Positions 34,410 through 43,521 of a stretch of 64,000 nucleotides of DNA are shown in pieces. The position numbers and the translations under genes are program-made. The DNA lies in the NCBI GenBank assembly GCA_041675205.1, contig JBAYUF010000002.1, forward strand, positions 1,731 to 65,730. Reading direction: 5' to 3'. Source of the DNA: Patescibacteria group bacterium. Its GTDB lineage: Bacteria > Patescibacteriota > Patescibacteriia > GWA2-46-9. The notes under the pieces are model-generated. The model had not been told where the DNA came from. It did not search any database and saw nothing but the letters and a program-made list of their open reading frames with translations. Numbering within the stretch: position 1 is the first letter of the stretch; the number at the start of each line of letters is the position of its first letter.

Positions 34410-34631
34410 ATGGGCTACATACTAAAGCAGTACTTGATCACTTTCGGCTGGGCACTTACCGGCGCTATTTCTATGGCGTTTGCGCTCGGCATTCTCGCCA
34501 AAGTCTTTTCTTGGCTTACCCCGATAGATGAGTGGGAGGAACTCAAAAAAGGGAATTACGCTGTAGCTATCGTATTTGGGGCAACTATTCTTGGTGCAGC
34601 CTTTGTTATTGCACACATCGTTACAGGCTAA
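34410..34631 (+). CDS. DUF350-family small membrane protein
   Basis: 73 aa with two TM helices. LKKGNYAVAIVFGATILG is typical of DUF350. Confidence 0.5.
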   Translation: MGYILKQYLITFGWALTGAISMAFALGILAKVFSWLTPIDEWEELKKGNYAVAIVFGATILGAAFVIAHIVTG

Positions 34632-34633
34632 AA

Positions 34634-35008
34634 ATGAAGCGTAGAGCAGCTATTGCAACCGTCCTGGTCATAATGGCACCGACGCTTGCTTGGGCACACC
34701 CAGGACGCACTGATGCCAACGGGTGCCATACCAACAAGAAAACGAGCGAGTATCACTGCCACGGGGCTCCAGCAACAACATCTGCACGTACGGATGCGCC
34801 AGTTGCCGCTCGAGAAACCGCGCGAGCTACGTCGCCAAGCGTTGAACCAAGCGCTGCCGTTTGTAATTTTGACCTCTATAACTGCAGTGATTTTGCTAGT
34901 GGAGAAAAGGCGCAAGCAACCTTTTTAGTCTGCGGAGGAATAAATAAAGACATTCATCAATTAGACAAAGACAATGACGGCCTTGCTTGCGAAGAACTGA
35001 GCAACTAA
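34634..35008 (+). CDS. secreted Excalibur calcium-binding domain protein
   Basis: Signal peptide MKRRAAIATVLVIMAPTLAWA. The C-terminal DKDNDGLACE is the Excalibur DxDxDGxxCE motif. Cys-rich. Confidence 0.7.
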   Translation: MKRRAAIATVLVIMAPTLAWAHPGRTDANGCHTNKKTSEYHCHGAPATTSARTDAPVAARETARATSPSVEPSAAVCNFDLYNCSDFASGEKAQATFLVCGGINKDIHQLDKDNDGLACEELSN

Positions 35009-35066
35009 AGAACTAGGAATTACGTAATCTTTTTGTGCGAATGTCAAGTAAAAACCGGACACAACC

Positions 35067-35164
35067 GGACAGTATCTGACACTTTTACAACATTTTGACT
35101 CCATATCCGACAGTACCCGACACTATTAGGATATTCTGATTAGAAATTAGACAGTAATAGACAC
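35067..35164 (+). promoter_or_regulatory. three phased iteron-like direct repeats RGACAGTA-N2-3-GACAC (35067, 35108, 35148), ~40 bp apart, upstream of 35187
   Basis: GGACAGTATCTGACAC, CGACAGTACCCGACAC and AGACAGTAATAGACAC. There are additional CCGGACA half-sites at 35055 and 35065. Confidence 0.5.
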
Positions 35165-35186
35165 AATTACCGGGAATTGCCGAATT

Positions 35187-36368
35187 GTGACGCCCAAACT
35201 TCTAAGTCAAACAAGAACAATGGTAAAAGGTGACGCCGCTAAATCATTAGAGAATCTACCTTACTTCGAAGATTACGAAGTCTATGCTCTTTGGAAGTAT
35301 CTCAACGGAAACCTAACGGGTCGACCGGTTTTTCAATTAGTCGACTTATTGGGACCAGGAAACAGTTACCTATCACTGTACGTACTACTACACAACCTAA
35401 ACCAGTGGGGCATAACACTTGAAAATCCAACTTTTGATCGTAAGGGGCATAGATGGTTTTATAAAAAACATCGCACCAAAAAAGAGAGCGAGGCGAAAAA
35501 CTCGCTGAATAACATCTACAAAAATAAGTTCAACTTGGTTGACATAGTGGCCGCGTTTCCTGTTGCTCAGCAACAACGTATGCTCGCTTGGATAGAGTTC
35601 AAAAAAGAGCTGAGCGACAGCAACCGTCAAATCTTGAACTCATTCTTAGGGCGCTATATGGATCTGTTTGTACACGATCAACTAAAGTTGCGGGAAAAAA
35701 GCTTCTACACTTTTGAGCGGCAGATAGAGAAGCTTCTAATGCTACTTCGTGAACGATCTAAAGATTTTGGCAAAGAATTTGTTTTTGAGTACGCACCTCC
35801 AAGAGACGAAGATGGTCTTTCTATCTACTCTCCTTTTCTATTTACTCATTCCATGGTCGCGGCATCGACACTCGGCCTGGTGAAAGTGACGGAAGCCTGG
35901 GTACAAGATGAAGCACCGCCTAAAAGGCAGCGCCACAGCTATAAAATTAGACTTACTATTACTGAAGTAGGCAGTGAGAAGATAAATGAACTAGCTGAGA
36001 AGGTGGTTGGCAAAAGGACTATTATGAAAAACAGCGACGGACTATTTACATATCGAGGGGCACCGCTAAACGTAACCCTTGGTACTAATTATGCACGCGC
36101 TTTTGATATTCTTCTGTCGGACTTCCCTCAGGGAGGTTTTGTTCCTTATGACGTTCTAGAAAATCTATTGATACAAAACGGTTTTGAGCCGAGCAAGAAC
36201 AACGAACAACGCAACAAGAGAATCAATAACTTGCTTAGTGTAGACCAGGGGTTTTTCCGATATGCAAAGTTGAACAACAAAAAGCTTCCTAACAGTGCAG
36301 CGGATGGTAAGTCTATTATCCATATACGCCGAGGAAAGGGTATAGAATTTTACAACCCAGAGATCTAA
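35187..36368 (+). CDS. hypothetical protein (possible replication-initiator/DNA-binding protein served by the upstream iterons)
   Basis: 393 aa with no recognisable catalytic motif. Its position directly downstream of the iterons and upstream of the recombinase suggests a Rep-like role. This is inference. Confidence 0.3.
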   Translation: MTPKLLSQTRTMVKGDAAKSLENLPYFEDYEVYALWKYLNGNLTGRPVFQLVDLLGPGNSYLSLYVLLHNLNQWGITLENPTFDRKGHRWFYKKHRTKKESEAKNSLNNIYKNKFNLVDIVAAFPVAQQQRMLAWIEFKKELSDSNRQILNSFLGRYMDLFVHDQLKLREKSFYTFERQIEKLLMLLRERSKDFGKEFVFEYAPPRDEDGLSIYSPFLFTHSMVAASTLGLVKVTEAWVQDEAPPKRQRHSYKIRLTITEVGSEKINELAEKVVGKRTIMKNSDGLFTYRGAPLNVTLGTNYARAFDILLSDFPQGGFVPYDVLENLLIQNGFEPSKNNEQRNKRINNLLSVDQGFFRYAKLNNKKLPNSAADGKSIIHIRRGKGIEFYNPEI

Positions 36369-36396
36369 AACCATTCCACTTGGTTCCGACTGGGGA

Positions 36397-36424
36397 CAGC
36401 TCAAAACTGAGCTGTTTTTTTATT
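36397..36424 (+). terminator. rho-independent terminator CAGCUCA-aaacu-UGAGCUG-UUUUUUUAUUU
   Basis: 7-bp stem plus a long U-run, 29 bp after the stop. Confidence 0.65.
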
Positions 36425-36819
36425 TGTTTACTTGGTTTTTGAAGACAAAAAAGAAACTGAAAACTAAACCAAGTGGAAGTATTACAAGGTAGGGTAAGGA
36501 TAGGCTTGCAATAACTTTTTTCAGGAAATTTATTGCAACCAGGTGACGTCACACTTATTCAGCCGCTGGCGCGTCACCTCGCTGGCGGCTGATGTGTTTT
36601 GAGATGCTTACTCTAGAACAATGCCGAAAAATTGATCCCTCTCTTGCTGATATAACAGACGAAGAGTTGTTACGCATTAGGGAAAAACTACAAGCTGTTG
36701 CGCTGCTTGCGTTTGAGGATTTTGTAAAAGAAAACGGACTAAAATCAGGACCATAATAAGAGTTTGAAATATCCCGCTTGGGTACTCACTAATTCTTATT
36801 TTCAGGGTAATGTATAAAT

Positions 36820-38346
36820 ATGAGCATGAATACAGTAAAAACTGGGATAATTTACGTTAGAGTTTCCTCTAAAGATCAGGTTGAAAACACGAGTCTAGAA
36901 TCGCAAGAAAAAGCCTGTATAGAATACGCTGAACGAAACGCCATTACGATTATTGAGCCAGCGTTCGTCGAGAAAGGTGAGTCTGCAAAAAGCGCCAACC
37001 GAACTGAATTCCAAAAGGCTATTTCACGATGCGCTGATAAGAAACTACCAATCAAGTACTTCGTTGTTTATAAACTTGATCGTTTCGCTCGAAACCAAGA
37101 TGATCATGTCACTGTAAGAGCCATTCTCAGACGCTACGGTACTGAACTTCGTTCTGTTACGGAACCAATCGACGAAAGTTCACTGGGGCGAGCCATGGAA
37201 GGAATGATTTCTGTTTTTGCAGAGCTAGATAACAATATGCGAACCGAACGGACTAGGGGCGGGATGCTAGCTCGAATACGACAGGGTATTTGGTGTTGGC
37301 AAGCTCCGCTGGGCTACTACCGCCCATACAAGAAAGCTAACATTACGCCTGATGAAAAAATAGCACTCTACATAAGGATCTTGTTCGAAGAATACGCTAA
37401 AGGAACATACACTTACGAGAGGTTGGCAAGATTTATTAGTGATCGCGGATTACGAACAAAGGAGGGTAAGAAACCTTGGCCACAGCTCATGGTAAAAATT
37501 TTGAAAAACGAAGTTTACTGTGGAGTAATAGTCGGACTCGGAGAGAGAATCGATGGTGCATTTGAACCGATTGTTTCAAGAGAGCTTTTTGAACAATGCA
37601 GAAAAATAAGACTTGGCATTGCAAATGGCTGTCGTCGTTCACCAGAAAACCCTCTGTTCCCACTACGACGGATTGTGGTTTGTACCAAATGCAAGCAACC
37701 ACTCACCGGCAGCAGATCTCGGGGGAAACTCGGGAAATACTACCATTACTATCATCATCGTAAACAAGGTTGCGTGGCCGCAAAAAGTATCCCCAATATC
37801 GAACTAGAAAAGATTTTTCTGAATTATTTTCAAAGGATCGCACCCAATGATCGTTTTGAAAAGTTATTCAAAGCCATCATTACTGATACTTGGAAGAGTA
37901 GTTATAAAAAGCTAGACGAAAATAATTCTCGGATTCAAAAACAGATAGAAGTATTGGCTACTGATCGTCAACGTATTTTTGAGTTCCACCAGAATGGTAA
38001 ATACTCCGATGAAGAATTTCAAGAACAGAAACGGCTTATAAACCAACGCATCGAACAAAAGAGGATACTACTAGATGACAGCCGGATTGAAGAATTCGAT
38101 ATGGAGCTAGCCCTCAATTATTGTTTTGAGTATTTGAGAGCCATTCCAGAGAAATGGGGAAAAACTAGCGATGTATCTAGAAAAATGCGCTTACGGGGTT
38201 TGATGGTCAAAGGATTTATATATTTCGACGGCGAACGAATTGAAACCCTCGATATGACAGAGATTCACAGGGTAAAACAAGAGTACGGTGGTGAAAAATA
38301 CCATTTGGTAGCCCCACGGGGAATCGAACCCCGATTTCCGCCGTGA
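36820..38346 (+). CDS. large serine recombinase (phage-integrase/resolvase-type serine recombinase)
   Basis: 508 aa. The N-terminal resolvase catalytic domain is IYVRVSSKDQ...(catalytic Ser)...VYKLDRFARN. Then comes a recombinase domain, a zinc-ribbon (CTKCKQP...C) and a coiled-coil. The last 41 nt overlap the tRNA-Glu gene on the opposite strand. Confidence 0.85.
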   Translation: MSMNTVKTGIIYVRVSSKDQVENTSLESQEKACIEYAERNAITIIEPAFVEKGESAKSANRTEFQKAISRCADKKLPIKYFVVYKLDRFARNQDDHVTVRAILRRYGTELRSVTEPIDESSLGRAMEGMISVFAELDNNMRTERTRGGMLARIRQGIWCWQAPLGYYRPYKKANITPDEKIALYIRILFEEYAKGTYTYERLARFISDRGLRTKEGKKPWPQLMVKILKNEVYCGVIVGLGERIDGAFEPIVSRELFEQCRKIRLGIANGCRRSPENPLFPLRRIVVCTKCKQPLTGSRSRGKLGKYYHYYHHRKQGCVAAKSIPNIELEKIFLNYFQRIAPNDRFEKLFKAIITDTWKSSYKKLDENNSRIQKQIEVLATDRQRIFEFHQNGKYSDEEFQEQKRLINQRIEQKRILLDDSRIEEFDMELALNYCFEYLRAIPEKWGKTSDVSRKMRLRGLMVKGFIYFDGERIETLDMTEIHRVKQEYGGEKYHLVAPRGIEPRFPP

Positions 38347-38380
38347 AAGGGCAGCGTCCTAACCGTTAGACGATGAGGCC
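38306..38380 (-). tRNA. tRNA-Glu (anticodon TTC), CCA encoded
   Basis: The reverse complement is GGCCTCATCGTCTAACGGTTAGGACGCTGCCCTTTCACGGCGGAAATCGGGGTTCGATTCCCCGTGGGGCTACCA. It folds as a cloverleaf (acceptor stem with two G:U pairs), with anticodon loop CUUUCAC and TpsiC loop TTCGATT. Confidence 0.8.
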
Positions 38381-38477
38381 TCAATTACCTGAAAGATCTG
38401 TGAGAAACGCTCACTTCGCTTCCGCGGTATGTGGTGCGACGATAGTACATTCATTTCTGTTTTGAATCAAATTTTTG

Positions 38478-38520
38478 GGGGCGCAGGCGGAAACAACTGT
38501 TAAGGTTGCTCCGCCTGCGC
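38478..38520 (-). terminator. hairpin GGCGCAGGCGGA...TCCGCCTGCGCC downstream of the minus-strand secreted-protein gene
   Basis: 12-bp GC stem with an AT-rich tail on the minus strand. Confidence 0.45.
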
Positions 38521-38532
38521 CAGGAGGAGTCG

Positions 38533-39009
38533 TCAGATCGGCAAGCTGGGCGTCGCTGGCTCCGATGGGAAGACATTCCCGGTCGCGACTTTCGCGAAGG
38601 CCTGCCGCAAGACCCTGACATACTCCAAGGGGTCGTTCAGGACGAGACACGCCGCTTCGTCTGTTGCTGGCTGGGAGAAGTACATCTGCGACATCGCCCC
38701 ACCCGCTCCAGCAAGCTCAACAACGACCCCCCATCTTGGGTCTGCCTCGTCGATAGCCGTGAAGAAATTGACGTTCACGACAGTGACGATAGGCAGGGGT
38801 TGTAGACCAACCTCTGTCGCCACCCCCGCGGCAAAGTGGCACATGCAGGGGTCCACCTGCGTTCCACGGCATTCTTGAGCAATGTCGTGAAACGCCTTCG
38901 CCACGGCCGTGGCGATGCCTACCCGGGCGGCAGGTGGATCGTCGGCTCCCTTGGCTATGCCCGTCAGAAAGAAAAAAGAGACACACACCGTCCACATTTT
39001 TTTTCTCAT
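38533..39009 (-). CDS. hypothetical secreted protein (GC-rich islet)
   Basis: Start at MRKKMWTVCVSFFFLTGIAKGADDP (signal peptide), preceded by GGAGGG. GC-rich compared with the neighbouring genes. Confidence 0.45.
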   Translation of the reverse strand: MRKKMWTVCVSFFFLTGIAKGADDPPAARVGIATAVAKAFHDIAQECRGTQVDPCMCHFAAGVATEVGLQPLPIVTVVNVNFFTAIDEADPRWGVVVELAGAGGAMSQMYFSQPATDEAACLVLNDPLEYVRVLRQAFAKVATGNVFPSEPATPSLPI

Positions 39010-39111
39010 CACATCCACCCTCCATCGTGTGGTGCCACACTTATAGCTCATCAATTAAAGACCGTCAATGCTAATTGCGACGATGCACATGAACCCGTAT
39101 ACTCGGGTCAT

Positions 39112-40251
39112 ATGAACAAACGGGTTCGGATATTAGGAATTGAAACGTCATGCGACGAAAGCGGGATTGCTTTGCTGGATGCCTCGCGAGACAAGCACGG
39201 CACCATTCAGTTGTCTTTGCAGTACAACTTTCTTCACTCACAAATTGCCACCCACAGAAAGACCGGCGGGGTAGTGCCAGAGATTGCGGCGCGAGAACAT
39301 GCTATTCGTTTGCCGGGTCTTCTTACCCAACTTGAAAAAAAAATCCCACTTTCAGAATTAAAAAAATCAATTGATGCCATTGCTGTTACTAGTGGGCCGG
39401 GCCTTGTAACTTCTCTAGTTACTGGCGTGGAAGTCGCTCGTACTATTAGCTACCTGTGGCAAAAGCCGCTGGTGCCGGTGAACCATCTTGAGGGACATAT
39501 TTATGCGAACTTGTTGGCAGGTGGCAAATGGCCAATAGCAAATGGCAAGACAATAAGGGGGGAGATTTCAGATGGTAAATTGCCAATGGCAAATGGCGAA
39601 GGGGAAAAGGGAAGAACTCCGGGTGACAACGCGGCCAATTTCACTTTTCCATTGCTGGCGCTACTGGTTTCGGGTGGGCACACCGAGCTTATTTTAATGA
39701 AGCGTCATCTCTCGTATATCGTGCTTGGCTCTACCCGAGATGATGCTGCGGGTGAGGCATTTGATAAGACAGCAAAACTGCTTGGGCTCCCATACCCGGG
39801 TGGGCCGGCGCTTTCACGACTGGCGAAGCAAGGGAAGCCAATCATAAAACTACCTCGGCCGATGCTCGACAAAAAATATAATCTTGACTTTAGTTTCTCT
39901 GGTTTAAAAACGGCTGCGGCAATGCAGATTGAAAAAGGGGGAGTGCGTAAGGCTGACATGGCAGCAAGTATTGAAACGGCTATCGTTGAAACCCTTGTTG
40001 AAAAAACGTGTCGAGCGGCCGAACAGTACTTGCCAAAAACTATTGTGCTGGCTGGTGGTGTAGCCGCAAACACAAAACTACAAATGCGTTTAGCAGAAGC
40101 GCTGACCGTGCGCGCCCCAAAAGCAACCTTGCTCACCCCGGCCATAGAGTTCGCAACGGACAATGGTGCCATGATTGCAGCGGCTGGGGCGGTACGTTTT
40201 CTTTTGAACAAAAAGCGGCCGCTCGTTATTGACCCGCACTTGCCTCTGTAG
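39112..40251 (+). CDS. tsaD: tRNA N6-adenosine threonylcarbamoyltransferase TsaD (Kae1/YgjD family), with an internal repeat-containing insertion
   Basis: Start at [23 protein letters not shown] (39112). Family motifs present: [17 protein letters not shown], the GxxxD loop. An extra segment [31 protein letters not shown] is encoded by two imperfect 27-bp direct repeats at 39522-39599. Confidence 0.85.
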   Translation: MNKRVRILGIETSCDESGIALLDASRDKHGTIQLSLQYNFLHSQIATHRKTGGVVPEIAAREHAIRLPGLLTQLEKKIPLSELKKSIDAIAVTSGPGLVTSLVTGVEVARTISYLWQKPLVPVNHLEGHIYANLLAGGKWPIANGKTIRGEISDGKLPMANGEGEKGRTPGDNAANFTFPLLALLVSGGHTELILMKRHLSYIVLGSTRDDAAGEAFDKTAKLLGLPYPGGPALSRLAKQGKPIIKLPRPMLDKKYNLDFSFSGLKTAAAMQIEKGGVRKADMAASIETAIVETLVEKTCRAAEQYLPKTIVLAGGVAANTKLQMRLAEALTVRAPKATLLTPAIEFATDNGAMIAAAGAVRFLLNKKRPLVIDPHLPL

Positions 40252-40253
40252 CT

Positions 40254-40694
40254 ATGACTAAGAAGAAACAGCAGAGCGTAACGCTCCCACTGGCAAATTT
40301 ACAAGCCACAAAAGCCCTTGCCGTTCGCCTCGCGAAGCTCGCCCGAGGGGGTGACGTCTTTGGACTCGTTGGAAATCTTGGCGCCGGCAAAACAACCTTT
40401 ACGCAGTTCTTTGCAGCCGCACTTGGTGTAAAGTCACGAGTGATTAGCCCAACCTATACGCTGGTCCAATTTCATGCCGGAAAAAAATTCACCCTCTGCC
40501 ACATTGATAGCTACCGGGCGCACAGTGCCGAGGAAATATGTATGGCGGGGTTGGACGACGCTTTGGCCGATAAAAACTGCATTGTCATAGTCGAGTGGGC
40601 GGACACGATAGCGCCAGCTCTGCCGCCACACACTACCTGGCTACAGTTTTCTCGCCAAGGAACAAAAAGAACGGTGACAATTACGACTCCTTAA
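40254..40694 (+). CDS. tsaE: tRNA threonylcarbamoyladenosine biosynthesis ATPase TsaE (YjeE)
   Basis: 146 aa with P-loop [10 protein letters not shown] and then ISPTYTLVQ. Adjacent to tsaD. Confidence 0.85.
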   Translation: MTKKKQQSVTLPLANLQATKALAVRLAKLARGGDVFGLVGNLGAGKTTFTQFFAAALGVKSRVISPTYTLVQFHAGKKFTLCHIDSYRAHSAEEICMAGLDDALADKNCIVIVEWADTIAPALPPHTTWLQFSRQGTKRTVTITTP

Positions 40695-42403
40695 CCTTCT
40701 TCACTGGTTACGCGGAACACTTCTTCAAGACTCGTAATTCCCTGTAGCGCCTTCAGCACACCGTCCTCAACCATAGTGCGCATACCATTTTTCCTGGCCA
40801 TTGTAAGCACTGCTGACTCAGAAAGTTCAGCGCCTGACAAAATTGCATTTTCAATATCTGCATCAACCAGCAGTACTTCATAAATACCAATTTGTCCGCG
40901 GTACTGCAGCTGCTGACACGCTTCGCAACCCGGGCTGGTGTAGAAGGTTTGGTTCTTTGGTAACTCATCACGATCAACGTGCGGAAGGGTTGCCAGGATA
41001 GCGGCCACACGAGCGGCCAATTTTTCTTCTGGCATCGTCGGTACTTTACACGATTCACAAAGACGACGAACCAACCGCTGACCAATGATAACGTTTAGGG
41101 CGGCTGGTAAAAGAAACCGAGCCAGCCCAATATTTAAGAGGCGCGGAATAGCACCAGCGGCATTATTTGTGTGGAGCGTAGAGAGCACCAAATGCCCCGT
41201 GAGCGCCGCGTTCGCCGCCACATCCGCCGTTTCCGCATCACGAATTTCGCCGACCATAACCACATTTGGATCTTGTCGCAACATTGAACGGAGTCCAGCC
41301 GCAAACGTGTAGCCCCGCGTCTGATCAATTTGGCTTTGCGTAATACCCGGCAGCTGATATTCAATCGGATCTTCCAGAGTAATAATCTTGTTCTCTGGTT
41401 TTGCTAACCGCACCAACATGGCGTAGAGCGTTGTTGTCTTACCAGAACCGGTTGGACCGGTCGTCAGAATCATGCCATTTGGCTTTTCTAGTTCGGCTAA
41501 CAATACCTCTTTTGCGTGCCCGGTGAGGCCGAGCGTTTCAAGGGCTACCCCACGCGCATTCCAGCGAAGGAGCCGCAACACAACACTTTCTCCATACGCA
41601 CTTGGTAGTGTAGAAATACGAACATCAACCTTGTCAGCGGCCTCAGCGATAGTGAAGCGACCATCTTGTGGTTTGTCGGTAATATTTATTTTTAGTCCAG
41701 ACAACAATTTTAATCGTTTAACCAAAGCGTCATACATAGTCGCCGGAAACGAAAGGACGGGATAGAGAACACCATCAATACGAAACCGTAGTGCCAGACC
41801 GGCGTTACTGGCTTCAATATGTATGTCGCTCGCCCGTGTTTGCAGTGCCCCCGCAATGATTGCCGTGACCACATCACTCGTTGAGGCGCCTGAAATTGCT
41901 TTCTTGATTTCACCTAACGTGTCACTTTGCCGACCACCTTGGGTATACTTTTCAAGATCTCCGGTAGAAATACTAACGCCACGGGTGGTTACGTACGGTC
42001 GTGGCACCCGTCGATAGGTATCAAGGGCGAGGCGAAAACTTTCATACGAAATGAGGTAGAGGGTCGGCGTGGTATGGTGTTCTGCTGCGAGCGCCGCAAC
42101 TTTTTCACGTACCGCTGGAGACGTTGGATTAATACTACCTAGCCGAAGGTCATCTATTGAGTACCAAAAGCAAATCAATCCGAGTGAACGAGCTTCATCT
42201 TCTGAAATCAAAGAAACGCTATCGGGATTAATTGGAAATCCCTTCAAATTAAAATAGACAGCGCCAACAGTAGTGGCTTGCTCTTCTACCTCTCGCTCTT
42301 TTGCTTCAAAACGAAGTGAACGGAGCTTGTCCGCCAACTTACCCGAGGCGTCGGGCGAAGCGACTCGCACCGTGCGGTCGCTCGCATTACCGGCCGCGCC
42401 CAT
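40691..42403 (-). CDS. pilB: type II/IV secretion system ATPase, GspE/PilB family (type IV pilus assembly ATPase-like)
   Basis: 570 aa with an N-terminal GspE_N domain. Walker A ILTTGPTGSGKTTTLYA, the Asp box, Walker B ITLEDPIEY...GEIRD, and a C-terminal Cys4 cluster (CESC...CEAC). Confidence 0.85.
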   Translation of the reverse strand: MGAAGNASDRTVRVASPDASGKLADKLRSLRFEAKEREVEEQATTVGAVYFNLKGFPINPDSVSLISEDEARSLGLICFWYSIDDLRLGSINPTSPAVREKVAALAAEHHTTPTLYLISYESFRLALDTYRRVPRPYVTTRGVSISTGDLEKYTQGGRQSDTLGEIKKAISGASTSDVVTAIIAGALQTRASDIHIEASNAGLALRFRIDGVLYPVLSFPATMYDALVKRLKLLSGLKINITDKPQDGRFTIAEAADKVDVRISTLPSAYGESVVLRLLRWNARGVALETLGLTGHAKEVLLAELEKPNGMILTTGPTGSGKTTTLYAMLVRLAKPENKIITLEDPIEYQLPGITQSQIDQTRGYTFAAGLRSMLRQDPNVVMVGEIRDAETADVAANAALTGHLVLSTLHTNNAAGAIPRLLNIGLARFLLPAALNVIIGQRLVRRLCESCKVPTMPEEKLAARVAAILATLPHVDRDELPKNQTFYTSPGCEACQQLQYRGQIGIYEVLLVDADIENAILSGAELSESAVLTMARKNGMRTMVEDGVLKALQGITSLEEVFRVTSEEG

Positions 42404-42408
42404 AGCCC

Positions 42409-43443
42409 CTATGCTCGACGGAATAGGCGAAATCGCCTATCAGGCAGAAAACGGCTCAATACTCTCACTATTTTACTGACAGTTTTTGTTCGTTGGGTTA
42501 ATCGAACGTAGAGCATGGTCCATGCCGTCCATTGGAAGGTTGCCAGCCACGCCGCAAAAAAGAAGAGGAGGACAATGAGAACGACGAGCGCGATTAAGCC
42601 CACAATAGTTCCCCAGGCGCCAAACCCCAGCTGCCAAAGAACAGCGGCGGCAATAAACGTCGGCACAATGAATAGCCAAGCGATGAATAGTACGAGAGCC
42701 CCAACAAGAACACTCACAACCCCAAGGAGAGCCGCCATTTCTAACGTGACCAACCAATGGGCCTTCAATAAAACGATCGACCGCTCAAGGGCATCGACGA
42801 GGCTACACTTTTTTAACACAATAAACGAAACCATGTAGCGAACAATAAACGAGAGCGCAATGGCTGTTGGGATAAGCAAAAGAAACGCTACTGCAAAACT
42901 TGGCATTCCAAAGTATGGGTCAAGGATTGCCAAAGCAGCGAAGAGCGCCACCAATGCCAGTAACATCCACACAACAATCTTCCCAAATAGAAACGTGACG
43001 AGTAGGGGAGCAAAAGTGGTTCGGCTTGCTGCCAAGGTTGTCGCTGAAGAAGTAAGTGGTTTACTGGCGGCGACTAGTGCGGCATTCCGCACCAATGCGG
43101 CCACACTAATCATAGCCAACCAAATTAAAAAAGCCGCCACGGCTATTATCGCCGCGCCGGTCATGAAGAGGAACAGAATAGAACCTGGCTCTTGGAAAAA
43201 AATGTGTCCGAGTGAGCTGGCCGTTTGAATAGTTGCGGACGGCACGTCGGCAGTGAAACTGAGAGGAAGCGGTACTCCACCGCGATTGCTCACTTGCTCA
43301 ATGGCGCTAAAGAGAACTTGATATTCACCGACGTTACCGATTAACGCCGCAAATAATCCCCACATCCAAAGCGACTTTTCTCGCCACGATGCACGAAGGG
43401 CTGACGCGAGCACTGCCCGATACACTGGTTGCACTTTTATCAT
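42409..43443 (-). CDS. hypothetical polytopic membrane protein
   Basis: 344 aa with about 7 TM helices. No family recognised. Confidence 0.4.
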   Translation of the reverse strand: MIKVQPVYRAVLASALRASWREKSLWMWGLFAALIGNVGEYQVLFSAIEQVSNRGGVPLPLSFTADVPSATIQTASSLGHIFFQEPGSILFLFMTGAAIIAVAAFLIWLAMISVAALVRNAALVAASKPLTSSATTLAASRTTFAPLLVTFLFGKIVVWMLLALVALFAALAILDPYFGMPSFAVAFLLLIPTAIALSFIVRYMVSFIVLKKCSLVDALERSIVLLKAHWLVTLEMAALLGVVSVLVGALVLFIAWLFIVPTFIAAAVLWQLGFGAWGTIVGLIALVVLIVLLFFFAAWLATFQWTAWTMLYVRLTQRTKTVSKIVRVLSRFLPDRRFRLFRRA

Positions 43444-43521
43444 ATGTGTTTTCGCCTCCTGAGGATTACCCGACGCACATAGTATACCGAAAAAACTTCA
43501 CTACAGCAAAGTGGCGGCCAC

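Noticed and set aside
38306-38346. Treating the recombinase C-terminus (…GIEPRFPP) as a domain feature
   Set aside because: Those residues are simply the tRNA-Glu TpsiC-arm sequence read on the opposite strand. The overlap is noted, but no protein motif is inferred.
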